Shown here: piece after piece, positions 1 through 9,710 of the stretch
Layout of the letters: every line of letters starts with the position of its first letter
Position numbering within the stretch: position 1 is the stretch's first letter
Assembly: GCF_000008385.1 (NCBI RefSeq)
Contig: NC_006833.1
Location: 1-32,000 of the forward strand
DNA from: Wolbachia endosymbiont strain TRS of Brugia malayi
GTDB taxonomy: Bacteria > Pseudomonadota > Alphaproteobacteria > Rickettsiales > Anaplasmataceae
Reading direction: 5' to 3'
DNA length: 32,000 nucleotides
Notes under the pieces: model-generated
What the model was told of the DNA's origin: nothing
What the model saw: only the letters and a program-made list of their open reading frames with translations
The model's database searches: none
Translations under genes and position numbers: made by a program

Positions 1-110
1 AAGTTACTAACATATTTATTCACAAGTTAAGTAACAAGAATCTTAACCGAGTTTTAAGTCAATGACAAGTTGTTGACAAAACTACTACTACTATTATTAT
101 ACCTTAATAT

Positions 111-1154
111 ATGAAAGAGGAGAGCGAGCTGGCTAGAATAAAGAGTAGTAAGGCAGTAGTATCAAAGACTATAAAGGAGGGAAAGCAGGGCAGGAAAATA
201 CCTATCTGGCTAATGCGGCAGGCTGGCAGGTCTCTTCCTGAATACCGCAGGGCAGTAAAGGACACAAGCAGTTTTATGGAAATATGCTACAACACAGACC
301 TGGTAGTAGAGTTAACATTACAGCCAGTGGCAAGATTCAGCATGGACGCAGCAATAATTTTCTCAGATATTTTGATAGTGGCTGATGTTCTAGGTTGTGA
401 TGTAGACTTCATACGCGGTGTAGGCCCGACGATAAAACCTGTAAAGAATTTCAAAGAATTGAGAAATCCACAGAAAATTGAAACTAAGACCTTACCAATC
501 CTAAATGCTATAAGAAAGGTTAGAGACAAATTGCCAGAAGAAAAGTCTCTTATAGGATTTGCTGGAGGGCCGTGGACGGTAGCTTCATACATAATAGAGG
601 GCAGAAGCAGCAAAACCTTTTCTAAGGTGTTAAACCTACATCCCTCGAGTTTAGAGCAGATAATTGAACAGATAACGGAAGTGACGATTTCCTATCTGGT
701 TAAGCAAATAGAATTTGGAGCAGATGTTATTCAGTTATTTGACAGTAATGCTGGTGTACTCTCAGGAGAACTATTTGAGGAGTGTGTTATCAAGCCAACA
801 AAGAAAATTGTTTCAGCAATAAAAGGCAAGTTTCCTGATTTTCCGATAATAGGTTTCCCGAAATCTGCTGGAAGCCTTTACAAAGATTATTGTGAAAAAA
901 CTGGTGTGTCCGCGGTGAGTATAGACTATAACGTTCCAATAGAATGGGCAAAAGAAAACCTAAAAATTCCCTTACAAGGAAATCTTAATCCTAGCCTTTT
1001 GGCCTACAATAAAATGGAAGCAATTAAAGAAACGAAGCGCATAATAGATTGCTTTAGAGATTTACCTTTCATATTTAATCTTGGGCATGGAGTGCTTCCT
1101 AATACTCCGATTGAGAATATTGCTGCGCTAGTCGACTTAGTGAAGAGTCAGTAA
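111..1154 (+). CDS. hemE: Uroporphyrinogen decarboxylase
   Basis: 347 aa ORF with HemE motifs [16 protein letters not shown] near the N-terminus, [25 protein letters not shown] and [10 protein letters not shown]. Confidence 0.97.
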   Translation: MKEESELARIKSSKAVVSKTIKEGKQGRKIPIWLMRQAGRSLPEYRRAVKDTSSFMEICYNTDLVVELTLQPVARFSMDAAIIFSDILIVADVLGCDVDFIRGVGPTIKPVKNFKELRNPQKIETKTLPILNAIRKVRDKLPEEKSLIGFAGGPWTVASYIIEGRSSKTFSKVLNLHPSSLEQIIEQITEVTISYLVKQIEFGADVIQLFDSNAGVLSGELFEECVIKPTKKIVSAIKGKFPDFPIIGFPKSAGSLYKDYCEKTGVSAVSIDYNVPIEWAKENLKIPLQGNLNPSLLAYNKMEAIKETKRIIDCFRDLPFIFNLGHGVLPNTPIENIAALVDLVKSQ

Positions 1155-1215
1155 CAAAATTCCTGGCTTTTTTGTTGTACGAGGCTTATTATTTGAGTTT
1201 AGCTCTAGTAAAATT

Positions 1216-2409
1216 ATGTCAGACCTTGCAAAAAGAATGCTCCTGATAAAGCCATCACCTACAATTGCTGTAACCGATAAGGCAAATAGGTTAAAAGATG
1301 AAGGAAAAAAAATCTGTATTTTAGCCGCGGGAGAACCAGATTTTGATACTCCTGACCACATAAAAAAAGTGGCCATTCAAGCGATAGATGAAGGTAAAAC
1401 CAAGTATACTGCTGTGGATGGAACACGTGAACTTAAAGAGGCAATAATCAGCAAATTGAAAAGGGATAATAATCTTGAGTATGCACTTAGTCAGGTTTGT
1501 GTTGGTGCTGGTGCTAAACAGGTATTATTTAACTTGTTTATGGCAACAGTTAACCCTGGAGATGAAGCTATAATTCCTGCTCCTTATTGGGTCTCGTACG
1601 TTGATATGGTAAGCCTTTTTGGTGGCTTGCCAGTTGTGATAGAGTGTGGACAAGGCTTAAAACTGACACCGGAATTGTTGAAGAACAAGGTGACCAAAAA
1701 AACTAAGTGGTTGATTCTCAACTCACCAAATAATCCAGCAGGGGTTGTATATACGTACGGTGAGTTGGAAGGCATAGCACAAGTATTGCTTGAATATCCA
1801 CATGTGAATATTATTACAGATGACATTTACGAACATATAATATATGACGAGAAGTTCTTCACCATAGCTCAGGTTGAACCGAAACTTTACAATAGGGTTT
1901 TTGTGGTCAATGGAGTGTCAAAGGCTTATGCGATGACAGGCTGGAGAATAGGTTACATTGCAGGTAGAAGTGATGTAGTGAAAGCTATTTCCACATTGCA
2001 GTCTCAGAGCACTTCTAACCCAAATTCGATAGCGCAAGCAGCAGCAGTTGAGGCATTGAATGGTGATCATAGCTTTTTGAAGGAAAGAATGGGAATCTTT
2101 AAAAGTCGTAGGGATTTTGTAATAGAGAAGCTAAATTCTGCTCCAGGGTTATTAGCATCCATTCCGCAAGGTGCGTTCTATTTGTTTGTCTCGTGTAAAG
2201 ATTTGTTGGGCAAAAGCACAAAGAGCGGTAAAGTAATAAATAACGATCTTGATTTTGCTGAATACTTGCTGGAAGATCATCTGGTTGCTGTGATACCGGG
2301 AATTGCGTTTGGCCTGAAGAATTTTATTAGAATTTCTTATGCAACCTCTCAGGAACAACTGGAAATTGGGTGTAACAGCATTATTAAAGCGTGTAAAATG
2401 TTAAGTTAA
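1216..2409 (+). CDS. aspC: Pyridoxal-phosphate aspartate aminotransferase (AspC/AatA type)
   Basis: 397 aa; AAGEPDFDTPDHIK, NSPNNPAG, and the PLP lysine region VNGVSKAYAMTGWRIGY. Confidence 0.95.
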   Translation: MSDLAKRMLLIKPSPTIAVTDKANRLKDEGKKICILAAGEPDFDTPDHIKKVAIQAIDEGKTKYTAVDGTRELKEAIISKLKRDNNLEYALSQVCVGAGAKQVLFNLFMATVNPGDEAIIPAPYWVSYVDMVSLFGGLPVVIECGQGLKLTPELLKNKVTKKTKWLILNSPNNPAGVVYTYGELEGIAQVLLEYPHVNIITDDIYEHIIYDEKFFTIAQVEPKLYNRVFVVNGVSKAYAMTGWRIGYIAGRSDVVKAISTLQSQSTSNPNSIAQAAAVEALNGDHSFLKERMGIFKSRRDFVIEKLNSAPGLLASIPQGAFYLFVSCKDLLGKSTKSGKVINNDLDFAEYLLEDHLVAVIPGIAFGLKNFIRISYATSQEQLEIGCNSIIKACKMLS

Positions 2410-2920
2410 CTTTTTTACACTTTCATGTGTAATATCCTTACATATCAGTGAAGTGGAGTTAGTGTATAGCTTAAACGTATTTTTTGTTGGCTAGTCTATT
2501 TGAAATAGTATGGACTACAGCACTAAAATACAGCAGTAGTTCTACTCGCATTTTACCTGTAATAATAATTTTGGTTTGTACTCCTGTAAGTCTTTACTAG
2601 TTATCGGTAGCAATGAAATTCATTCCCTTGACACGTCTTTGCGGGTTGAACTGGCGCGGGTTCTATAGGCGCAGCAATAGTGGGAATGGCTTTTTTTATG
2701 ATCCAGTAAATTTTTGGCATTCATTTTCCATTATTTTAGTGGTGATAGGCATTATAGGCTTGAAAGTGTTTACCAAATAAATAATTGAATACCAGATGTA
2801 AAAATATATATGCTAAAAATTAAGGTAAAGTAAACGGTTCATGAATGCATATTTTATAATGTCGAAGATGTTTACCTGAGTTATCTCGGATTCTTTTATT
2901 TGTGAAAAAGGCTTTGCTGA

Positions 2921-3325
2921 CTAGGCAAGTACCTTTCCAATGTTTAATTCTTCACTTTCCTCGTTTTGTTGAATTAAGTTGATATTATTTATTTTATCTA
3001 CTAAATCTTTTCCTTCCTCTAGGGTTTTTAAATCGCTTTCATTAATGTAATGTTCATTGTTGAATTCTGCAACGATCTCTTTCTTTTTTGGATGAGTGTT
3101 TAGGAATTCCAATACCTGATGTTTAGCGTAAGCTCGAATAAATTCCTTATTAAATCTTCGGTCGTTATGTAGATCTTCTAAACTTTCGTCATAGTGTTTT
3201 GCTTGATTGACAGTAAATTTATTATTTCTTCTATACCACTTAGAAGCTCCTTATAAAGTTTGCCGTATCTATTACCTACGTGTGCGGCAAGTATTTGTTC
3301 GATATATTTTGATATAATTTTACAG
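2921..3325 (-). pseudogene. Remnant of an unassigned Wolbachia-like protein (C-terminal part)
   Basis: The tracked 63 aa ORF begins at an internal TTG. The same minus frame stays open upstream (GASKWYRRNNKFTVNQAKHYDESLEDLHNDRRFNKEFIRAYAKHQVLEFLNTHPKKKEIVAEF...) to about 3255, and after one frame change continues as KIISKYIEQILAAHVGNRYGKLYKE. Confidence 0.45.
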
Positions 3326-3816
3326 CGTGTTACCTGCTATGCTTATACTCATAACTTATTTTAACGTTACATTGGATATTTTACACGCGGAAAGGTTAAT
3401 ATTGAGCTAACTGAAGCGTTTCTGAAGCCAAACTTTACTAAAAATTGTGTTATTTTAGATATAATTTTCATTGTAGAATAAAAACATAAATAAAATGGAT
3501 CTTGTAACAAAAGTAAAGCTTAAGATTAAAGATAAATAAGGGCAAAATTATAAATGTTTTTATCATCTGTGATGTAATTTTTTAATATATCTTATCCGTG
3601 AACTAGTAGCGGAAATGGTAGAAAAATCGTAAATGAGATAAAAAATCTCTATTTAAAATACCTTTTTCCGTTTAAGCAGCTAACACCAAAAATTTAGTTG
3701 ATGTGTAATTACTTATTTGCTATGAATTTAGCTCTGTTAAATTTCGATAAATTAAACTAAGTGTTTATAAAAATATTGTTCTTTGTAAATAAAGTACCTA
3801 TAATTCTAAGTTTGAG

Positions 3817-5037
3817 GTGAGGTTGATGCTACAGAGAAATTTTTTAATATGGTTATTAGCATCGCTATTCTACGCATACCAGTATATATTACGCGTAATC
3901 CCAAACATAATCGCACCTGAATTAATAACAAAGTTTAACATAAGCATTGCGGATATTGGTCAATTTGGTGGGCTATACTATATAGGCTACACATTTGCTC
4001 ACATACCTGTTGGTTTTGCCCTTGATAGGTTCGGACCAAAATTTGTTTTGCCTATATGTGTTGTTTTAACGTTTGTTGGAACATTACCGCTCATATACTT
4101 TGATGAGTGGTATTACTTAACATTTAGTAGAATAATTGTTGGAGTTGGATCATCTGCTTCAGCAATTGGAATCTTCAAAATTGCAAGCACATATTTTTCG
4201 CAGAAAAAATCGGCAAAAATGGCCAGTTTATCTATAATAGTAGGATTGCTGGGAGCTATTTATGGCGGACTACCCCTGAATTTTTTGTTCAATAAGTTTG
4301 GTTGGGATTATGTTATATACGCTTTCTCAACGTTTGGTTGTTTACTTGCTCTGCTTCTATTCTTCATAACACCAAACAATAGTACAGAGAAGAATGTAAG
4401 TGGCAATGTATTTCAAGATTTAAAAACTGTGCTTTTCAACAAGCATATCATTCTAATCAGCTTTTTTAGTGGCTTAATGGTTGGTCCTTTAGAGGGTTTT
4501 GCTGATGGTTGGGCAAAGGCATTCTTATGTGAAGTATATCAAATGACCGGAGATCTAGCGTCCTTGCTTTCTTCTCTCATATTTATAGGCATGGGAGCTG
4601 GGTCGTTCTTTTTAGCTTACTTCCTGGAGAGGCATCCAAATAGGCACTACGAAGCAATTATTGCATGTTCTCTTGCAATGATTGCTAGTTTTCTCTTGCT
4701 TTTTGCACAAGCTGGCGGTCTATATGTTGTACTGCCTACACTTCTTATTATCGGCTTTGCATCTGGATACCAAGTGATTGCCATTTATAAAGCAATAAGT
4801 TATGTGGACAATAGCTTGGTAGGCCTGACTACAGCTGTGTCAAACATGATAATTATGGTTTTTGGCTATTTTTTTCACACTGGAATCGCAAAAATAGTAG
4901 ATTTATGTTGGGATAGAACGGTAATACAAGGAAATCCTGTATATGGTTCTGAGCTGCTGATAAAAGCAATATCAATTATTCCTATATGTCTACTTTTGGC
5001 TGTTTTTTGGTTCGTTTGGTTAAAGAAAAGGTCTTGA
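3817..5037 (+). CDS. MFS transporter
   Basis: 406 aa polytopic membrane protein; MFS loop motif GFALDRFGPKFVLP and multiple hydrophobic helices. Confidence 0.88.
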   Translation: MRLMLQRNFLIWLLASLFYAYQYILRVIPNIIAPELITKFNISIADIGQFGGLYYIGYTFAHIPVGFALDRFGPKFVLPICVVLTFVGTLPLIYFDEWYYLTFSRIIVGVGSSASAIGIFKIASTYFSQKKSAKMASLSIIVGLLGAIYGGLPLNFLFNKFGWDYVIYAFSTFGCLLALLLFFITPNNSTEKNVSGNVFQDLKTVLFNKHIILISFFSGLMVGPLEGFADGWAKAFLCEVYQMTGDLASLLSSLIFIGMGAGSFFLAYFLERHPNRHYEAIIACSLAMIASFLLLFAQAGGLYVVLPTLLIIGFASGYQVIAIYKAISYVDNSLVGLTTAVSNMIIMVFGYFFHTGIAKIVDLCWDRTVIQGNPVYGSELLIKAISIIPICLLLAVFWFVWLKKRS

Positions 5038-5086
5038 AATTGCTTATGGTATTTTGGTATTATTAGATTGAAGTGGAGTTTTACCT

Positions 5087-6364
5087 ATGACAAATGTTTC
5101 AGAGAGAATCTATGACTCTAAGAATAGTTTAAAGTTTCTTGATGACGAGATTTATCAATCTATAGAGAGAGAGTTGCAGCGTCAAAGATCGCAATTGCAA
5201 CTGATTGCATCAGAGAATTTTGCAAGTAAAGCGGTAATGGAAGCACAAGGTTCTTTTCTGACTAATAAGTATGCAGAAGGTTATATAGGCAAAAGGTATT
5301 ACTGTGGTTGTGAGTATGTGGATGAAGTTGAGAATTTGGCTATAGAAAGACTCTGTAAGCTGTTTAATGTTAGATTTGCAAATGTTCAACCTCACTCTGG
5401 CTCTCAAGCGAATCAAGCAGTATTTGCTTCACTACTCACTCCAGGAGATACAATACTTGGGTTATCAATAAGTTGTGGAGGACATTTAACTCATGGTGCG
5501 GCGCCGAACCTTTCTGGTAAGTGGTTTAAATCGATTCAATATGCAATTGACAGAGGTACCTGTCTGCTTGATATGGACGAAGTGGAAAGACTAGCACTCG
5601 AACATAAGCCAAAATTGATCATAGCTGGTGCTTCTGCTTACCCAAGAAGAATGGATTTCAAGCGCTTTCGCGAGATTGCAGATAAAGTTAGTGCATATTT
5701 ACTTGCAGATATTGCTCACTATGCTGGACTTATTGCAGCGGGTGAGTATCCGTCCCCTGCTAAATATGCGCATATTATAACTTCCACGACTCACAAAACT
5801 CTGCGTGGTCCTCGCGGTGGAGTGGTAATAACAAATGATGAAGCACTACATAAAAAAGTTCAATCTGCAGTTTTCCCAGGGTTACAAGGTGGGCCGCTTA
5901 TGCATGTGATAGCTGCAAAAGCTGTTGCATTTAAAGAGGCATTGGCGCCAGAGTTTAAAGCCTATATCAAAAGAGTTGTGGAGAATGCGAAAGTGCTAGC
6001 TCAAGCGTTGCAAAAGCATGGGCTGAGCGTTATAACCGGTGGCACTGACTCCCATATAGTGCTAGTTGACTTAAGACCGCAAAAATTGACTGGAAAAGGC
6101 GCTGTGGATAGCCTTGAAAGGGCTGGTATTACCTGCAATAAAAACTCTGTACCATTTGACATGGAAAAACCGACTATTACTTCAGGACTACGTTTTGGCA
6201 CTGCTGCTGAGACAACACGTGGACTTAAGGCAGAGAACTTTAAAGAAATAGCTGACCTAATAAATGAAGTGATTCAAGGATTAATTAACGGAAACAACTC
6301 AGATGTTGAGAGAATAGTGAAAAATAAAGTTAAAAAGATTTGTGATGATTTTCCTATTTATTAG
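5087..6364 (+). CDS. glyA: Serine hydroxymethyltransferase
   Basis: 425 aa; [34 protein letters not shown]-like region, [25 protein letters not shown]. Confidence 0.97.
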   Translation: MTNVSERIYDSKNSLKFLDDEIYQSIERELQRQRSQLQLIASENFASKAVMEAQGSFLTNKYAEGYIGKRYYCGCEYVDEVENLAIERLCKLFNVRFANVQPHSGSQANQAVFASLLTPGDTILGLSISCGGHLTHGAAPNLSGKWFKSIQYAIDRGTCLLDMDEVERLALEHKPKLIIAGASAYPRRMDFKRFREIADKVSAYLLADIAHYAGLIAAGEYPSPAKYAHIITSTTHKTLRGPRGGVVITNDEALHKKVQSAVFPGLQGGPLMHVIAAKAVAFKEALAPEFKAYIKRVVENAKVLAQALQKHGLSVITGGTDSHIVLVDLRPQKLTGKGAVDSLERAGITCNKNSVPFDMEKPTITSGLRFGTAAETTRGLKAENFKEIADLINEVIQGLINGNNSDVERIVKNKVKKICDDFPIY

Positions 6365-6439
6365 TAGTTGCTATAAGCCATGAGAGCTGCAAAAAATCAC
6401 TTATAAACCTCGCTAGCCCATCCTATTAATCATGATGCT

Positions 6440-6605
6440 GAAGGTATTCAGTTATCTTCAATCTGTGCAGATTAAAATGACAAAGTATTACATAGTTGGC
6501 GTCTTGTGTTTTATTTTTTGCACTATATGTACCTTATGTCTTCATAACATTTTTAAGTTTTTACCTATATAAGCTGAAACTCGCTTGTAAAGCGTTTAAG
6601 ACAGT
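6440..6605 (+). repeat. Copy A of a ~165 bp dispersed element (inverted relative to 30526-30690)
   Basis: GAAGGTATTCAGTTATCTTCAATCTGTGCAGATT...TTTTTACCTATATAAGCTGAAACTCGCTTGTAAAGCGTTTAAGAC aligns along its length to the reverse complement of 30526-30690; contains the hairpin AATCTG-TG-CAGATT. Confidence 0.85.
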
Positions 6606-6698
6606 ATAATATGCCAATTTGCAGGATTAGAGGGTAAACACTATCTACCACTGGATATCTTTTGCTTTTTTTATTTATTAAATTTTTTAATATTTATA

Positions 6699-6826
6699 GC
6701 TACCGTCATTTTGCTGCTTGTTAGCAGCTGAGAGATACCACAGTTCTCACGGTATATGAAATAGGGGCTGCCGATACCTCAGTGTGTGACATTGGCTTCT
6801 CATACTGGAAAACCATGGGATGGTAG
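6699..6826 (+). ncRNA. Putative structured RNA, family not identified
   Basis: Outer stem CTACCGTC / GATGGTAG (8 pairs, one G-U) closes a ~128 nt region. Inside are hairpin GCTGC-TTGTTA-GCAGC and alternative stems TGAGA/TCTCA or ATACC/GGTAT. Confidence 0.4.
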
Positions 6827-6851
6827 AAAATATTAAATTTATTTACTATAT

Positions 6852-7111
6852 ATGAAAAGTTATTATATTTGTATACTTGCAAGTAAACACAATAGAGCTC
6901 TATATATTAGGTGTCATGTCAAATTTAGTTAAACAGGTTTGGGAACATAAGAACAAGGTCACTCCTAGCTTTACATTGAAACATAATGTGCAAAAGTTAG
7001 TTTACTTTGAGGAATTTCAAGACGTTAAATTGTCTTTAATAGAGAAAAACTACTAAAAGCTAGAAAAGAGAATGGAAAATTGGTTTGATTGTGAAAAGAA
7101 ATCCATATTAA
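6852..7111 (+). pseudogene. GIY-YIG nuclease domain protein (UPF0213/YhbQ-like), frameshifted
   Basis: Joined frames give MKSYYICILASKHNRALYI(fs)GVMSNLVKQVWEHKNKVTPSFTLKHNVQKLVYFEEFQDVKLSLI.. (fs) ..EWKIGLIVKRNPY*. No single ORF covers it. Confidence 0.82.
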
Positions 7112-7146
7112 GCTGATTTATATGAGGAAATCATAAAATAAAATTA

Positions 7147-7430
7147 AAATCCCAGTACCACGCACTGGAATAGTAGGAAAATAAGGTGTCATTCCAGCAC
7201 GTGACCAGGAAAAAATACATAAATCCCAGTGGCATTGGAATGGCAAAGGTTAGTGCCATAAAAGTAGCTGGACTGTATAAGCATTACGATTTGAGCCTAC
7301 CAAGAGGGTAAATCCCAGTGCGTGACACTGGAATTTATAACTAACGAAGGTTTGCTTCTATTATCCTGGAATCTATATCAAACGCGAGGGCAAAATCGAC
7401 TAGATTCCAGCGTCACACGCTGAAATGACA
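7147..7430. repeat. Cluster of degenerate palindromic repeat fragments
   Basis: Recurring TCCCAGT..CACGCACTGGAAT / CATTCCAGCACGTGACCAGG / TCCCAGTGGCATTGGAAT / TCCCAGTGCGTGACACTGGAAT / GATTCCAGCGTCACACGCTG units in a short non-coding stretch. Confidence 0.7.
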
Positions 7431-7471
7431 AAAAAGTACAGGAATAACGTGGTGAACGTTATCCAAGTATC

Positions 7472-8665
7472 TTAAATCCAATCCCAAGAAAGTGGAGCAT
7501 CATCACTTGTTGGAATCTCAAAAGACGGTTGTGATATTATTTCTCTCACAAAGCCTTGAAATGCTGGGTCTTTAGCGTCAACCTGGATTGTAATATCAGT
7601 TTTAAAATCTGTGTCACCTTTCAAATTATCTATCACTGTACCTCGTAACCCTGAGTTACTTGTTACAGCAGCGCGCAAACCTGGGTTCTGTGCAACTTCA
7701 TCAGTTAAATCTTTTTTGTTATTAGCAAGTAGTTTAGTAACTACTTCTTCAGCTGTTGGTTTCGTTCCTTTTTCACCTGAGAAAACCTTTGCTGTTTGAT
7801 TGCTATACTCTGTACTAGTGGTATCAAGAAATCTACCAAGTTTTTCCACTAGGATTGATTTTTGGCCGTCTTTTGCATCAAGTACTTTTCCTGCTACAGC
7901 TGGTGTTCCAAGGTCAGCGGTTTTAACAAACGTCTTAGCTAATTCAGTTTCAACTATCTTTACCTCTTTATTGCTAATGGGTTCTTTTGCATTAAGTATT
8001 GCTTCTACTAAAGCTTTTCCTTTGTCTGTTTGAGTTACAATGTTTGAACCATCAGTTTTGACAAGTGAGGCTTTTTCGGCTAAGAAATCCTTAGCTGTTA
8101 TTTTGGGATTACTGTCGCCGTACACTGCACCAGGTTCACCAAGAAGTCCACCAAGTTTTTCCACTAGGATTGATTTTTGGCCGTCTTTTGCAGGAAGTAT
8201 TTTCTCTGCAAAAGCTTTTTGGTTTACTGCATCTGTCAAATTGGAAGCGTCTTTTTTAACAAACTTGTCTTCTAGTTCAGTTTCAACAATGTTTTTATTC
8301 AAATTAACGAGATCTGTTGCTTTAAGTATAGTATCTACAACAGGCTTTTTTGATACTTCTTCTGCAAGGATTGATTCACCATCTACAGCTTTTTGTGTAG
8401 CAAGTAATGTACTTATAATATTACCAAGGCCTTTTATTTGGATTGCGTTACTATCTTTTTTCTGATATATAAATTTTACCTTTCCTTCCAGCAGATCGCT
8501 TAACTTGATATCATCAATATTAGTTAGAGTAGAAATACCTGAAGCATCTAGGGTATATTTGTTACCTCCACTATCTTCATAAACTATAATTTTAGCTTCA
8601 TTTAGATTTAATGTCATTTCTGTGATTTTTACTGACCCCTTATAAAGATATAAATTATCTGCCAT
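7472..8665 (-). CDS. Hypothetical repeat-containing protein (397 aa)
   Basis: Long intact ORF starting MADNLYLYKGSVKITEM. Contains two ~105 aa repeats ending in AKDGQKSILVEKLG; no recognised enzyme motif. Confidence 0.8.
   Translation of the reverse strand: MADNLYLYKGSVKITEMTLNLNEAKIIVYEDSGGNKYTLDASGISTLTNIDDIKLSDLLEGKVKFIYQKKDSNAIQIKGLGNIISTLLATQKAVDGESILAEEVSKKPVVDTILKATDLVNLNKNIVETELEDKFVKKDASNLTDAVNQKAFAEKILPAKDGQKSILVEKLGGLLGEPGAVYGDSNPKITAKDFLAEKASLVKTDGSNIVTQTDKGKALVEAILNAKEPISNKEVKIVETELAKTFVKTADLGTPAVAGKVLDAKDGQKSILVEKLGRFLDTTSTEYSNQTAKVFSGEKGTKPTAEEVVTKLLANNKKDLTDEVAQNPGLRAAVTSNSGLRGTVIDNLKGDTDFKTDITIQVDAKDPAFQGFVREIISQPSFEIPTSDDAPLSWDWI
7835..8192 (-). repeat. Internal direct repeat in the 397 aa protein gene
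   Basis: Identical 43-bp string ACCAAGTTTTTCCACTAGGATTGATTTTTGGCCGTCTTTTGCA at 7835-7877 and 8150-8192, spacing 315 bp (105 codons, in frame). Confidence 0.9.
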
Positions 8666-8825
8666 ATCACTCTACGTTGATTATTAAACTCGTAAGATGC
8701 ATGAAAAAAGTATAATTTCCGTAAATGTCAGATTTTATATAAGATCTTCTTGAAGTTTGTTATTTTAGAATTTTCCTCATTGTCATGCTTGACACTAGAA
8801 TCCAGTTTTCTTTACAATCCCCTTT

Positions 8826-9710
8826 GTGAAAGAACAAAAATGCTTATTTGTCACCATAGCAGGTTTACCAAATGCAGGGAAGTCCACACTAATTAACAGC
8901 ATCACTGGTAAGAAAATTGCAATCGTTACTCCCAAAGTGCAAACAACGAGAACGCAAATAAGGGGTATTGCAATATATAATGAGACACAAATTATCTTTA
9001 CTGACTCTCCAGGGATATTTTCAGCGGAAACAAAACTTGAGAAAGCTCTGGTCAAATCTGCGTGGTCGGCAATCAAGGGCGATGACGTCATTTTGTTGCT
9101 TATTGATGCGAGCAGTTATTTAAAAAACATAGAAAGAATCAAAACCATATTCACACGGCTGCGGCACACGAAAACGAAGTGCATTTTTGTTATCAATAAA
9201 ATTGATCTGGTAAAAAAACCTGAGCTAAAGATGACGTATAAACATCTGGATTTGCTTTATAAATTAAAAAAAATTTTTACAATATCAGCATTAAAGAGTG
9301 ATGGACTTTCTGATCTGATGGATTACTTATCTGAAGTTGCACCGGTAAGTCCTTGGTTTTATGGAGAAGATCAGGTAACCGATTCCTCGACGAGTTTTTT
9401 GTCAGCGGAAATCACAAGGGAAAAATTGTTCTTGAATTTGCGTGAAGAATTGCCATATTCTACAGCTGTTATAACTGAACAATTTGAAGAGAAAAAAGAT
9501 GAAAGTTTGGTCATAAAGCAGGTAATATTTGTGCTGAAAGATAGTCATAAAAAAATAGTGCTAGGGAAGGGTGGGAGTAATATTAAAAAAATTGGCATCG
9601 AAGCGCGCATTGAATTAGAAAAGTTATTTGAGCGTAAAGTTCATCTGTTTTTGTTTGTGAAAGTGCGACCTTGGACTGATCGCCCAGAGGAGTATATAGA
9701 CGATGTTTAA
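8826..9710 (+). CDS. era: GTPase Era
   Basis: 294 aa; G1 GLPNAGKSTL, TPKVQTTR, DSPG, NKIDLVKKP, and a C-terminal KH domain VLGKGGSNIKKIGIEARIELEKLFERKVHLFLFVKVR. Confidence 0.97.
   Translation: MKEQKCLFVTIAGLPNAGKSTLINSITGKKIAIVTPKVQTTRTQIRGIAIYNETQIIFTDSPGIFSAETKLEKALVKSAWSAIKGDDVILLLIDASSYLKNIERIKTIFTRLRHTKTKCIFVINKIDLVKKPELKMTYKHLDLLYKLKKIFTISALKSDGLSDLMDYLSEVAPVSPWFYGEDQVTDSSTSFLSAEITREKLFLNLREELPYSTAVITEQFEEKKDESLVIKQVIFVLKDSHKKIVLGKGGSNIKKIGIEARIELEKLFERKVHLFLFVKVRPWTDRPEEYIDDV

Noticed and set aside
2455-2800. Possible remnant reading STRILPVIIILVCTPVSLY*LSVAMKFIPLTRLCGLNWRGFYRRSNSGNGFFYDPVNFWHSFSIILVVIGIIGLKVFTK*
   Set aside because: Coding-like hydrophobic segment but too short, interrupted and without any family motif I can recognise, so not called.
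6730-6826. TPP riboswitch suggested by GCTGAGAGATACC
   Set aside because: The CTGAGA..ACC string resembles the TPP motif, but the second conserved block (ACCTGATCTGGATAATGCCAGCG) is missing and no thiamine gene follows.
7147-7430. CRISPR-like array from repeated GG/CC-rich units
   Set aside because: Units are degenerate, palindromic, in mixed orientation and irregularly spaced, with no cas genes; these are dispersed repeats.
7611-8465. Three plus-strand ORFs (77, 77 and 141 aa) opposite the 397 aa gene
   Set aside because: They are antisense shadows of a long repetitive minus-strand ORF: proline/serine-rich, low-complexity translations with no recognisable family.
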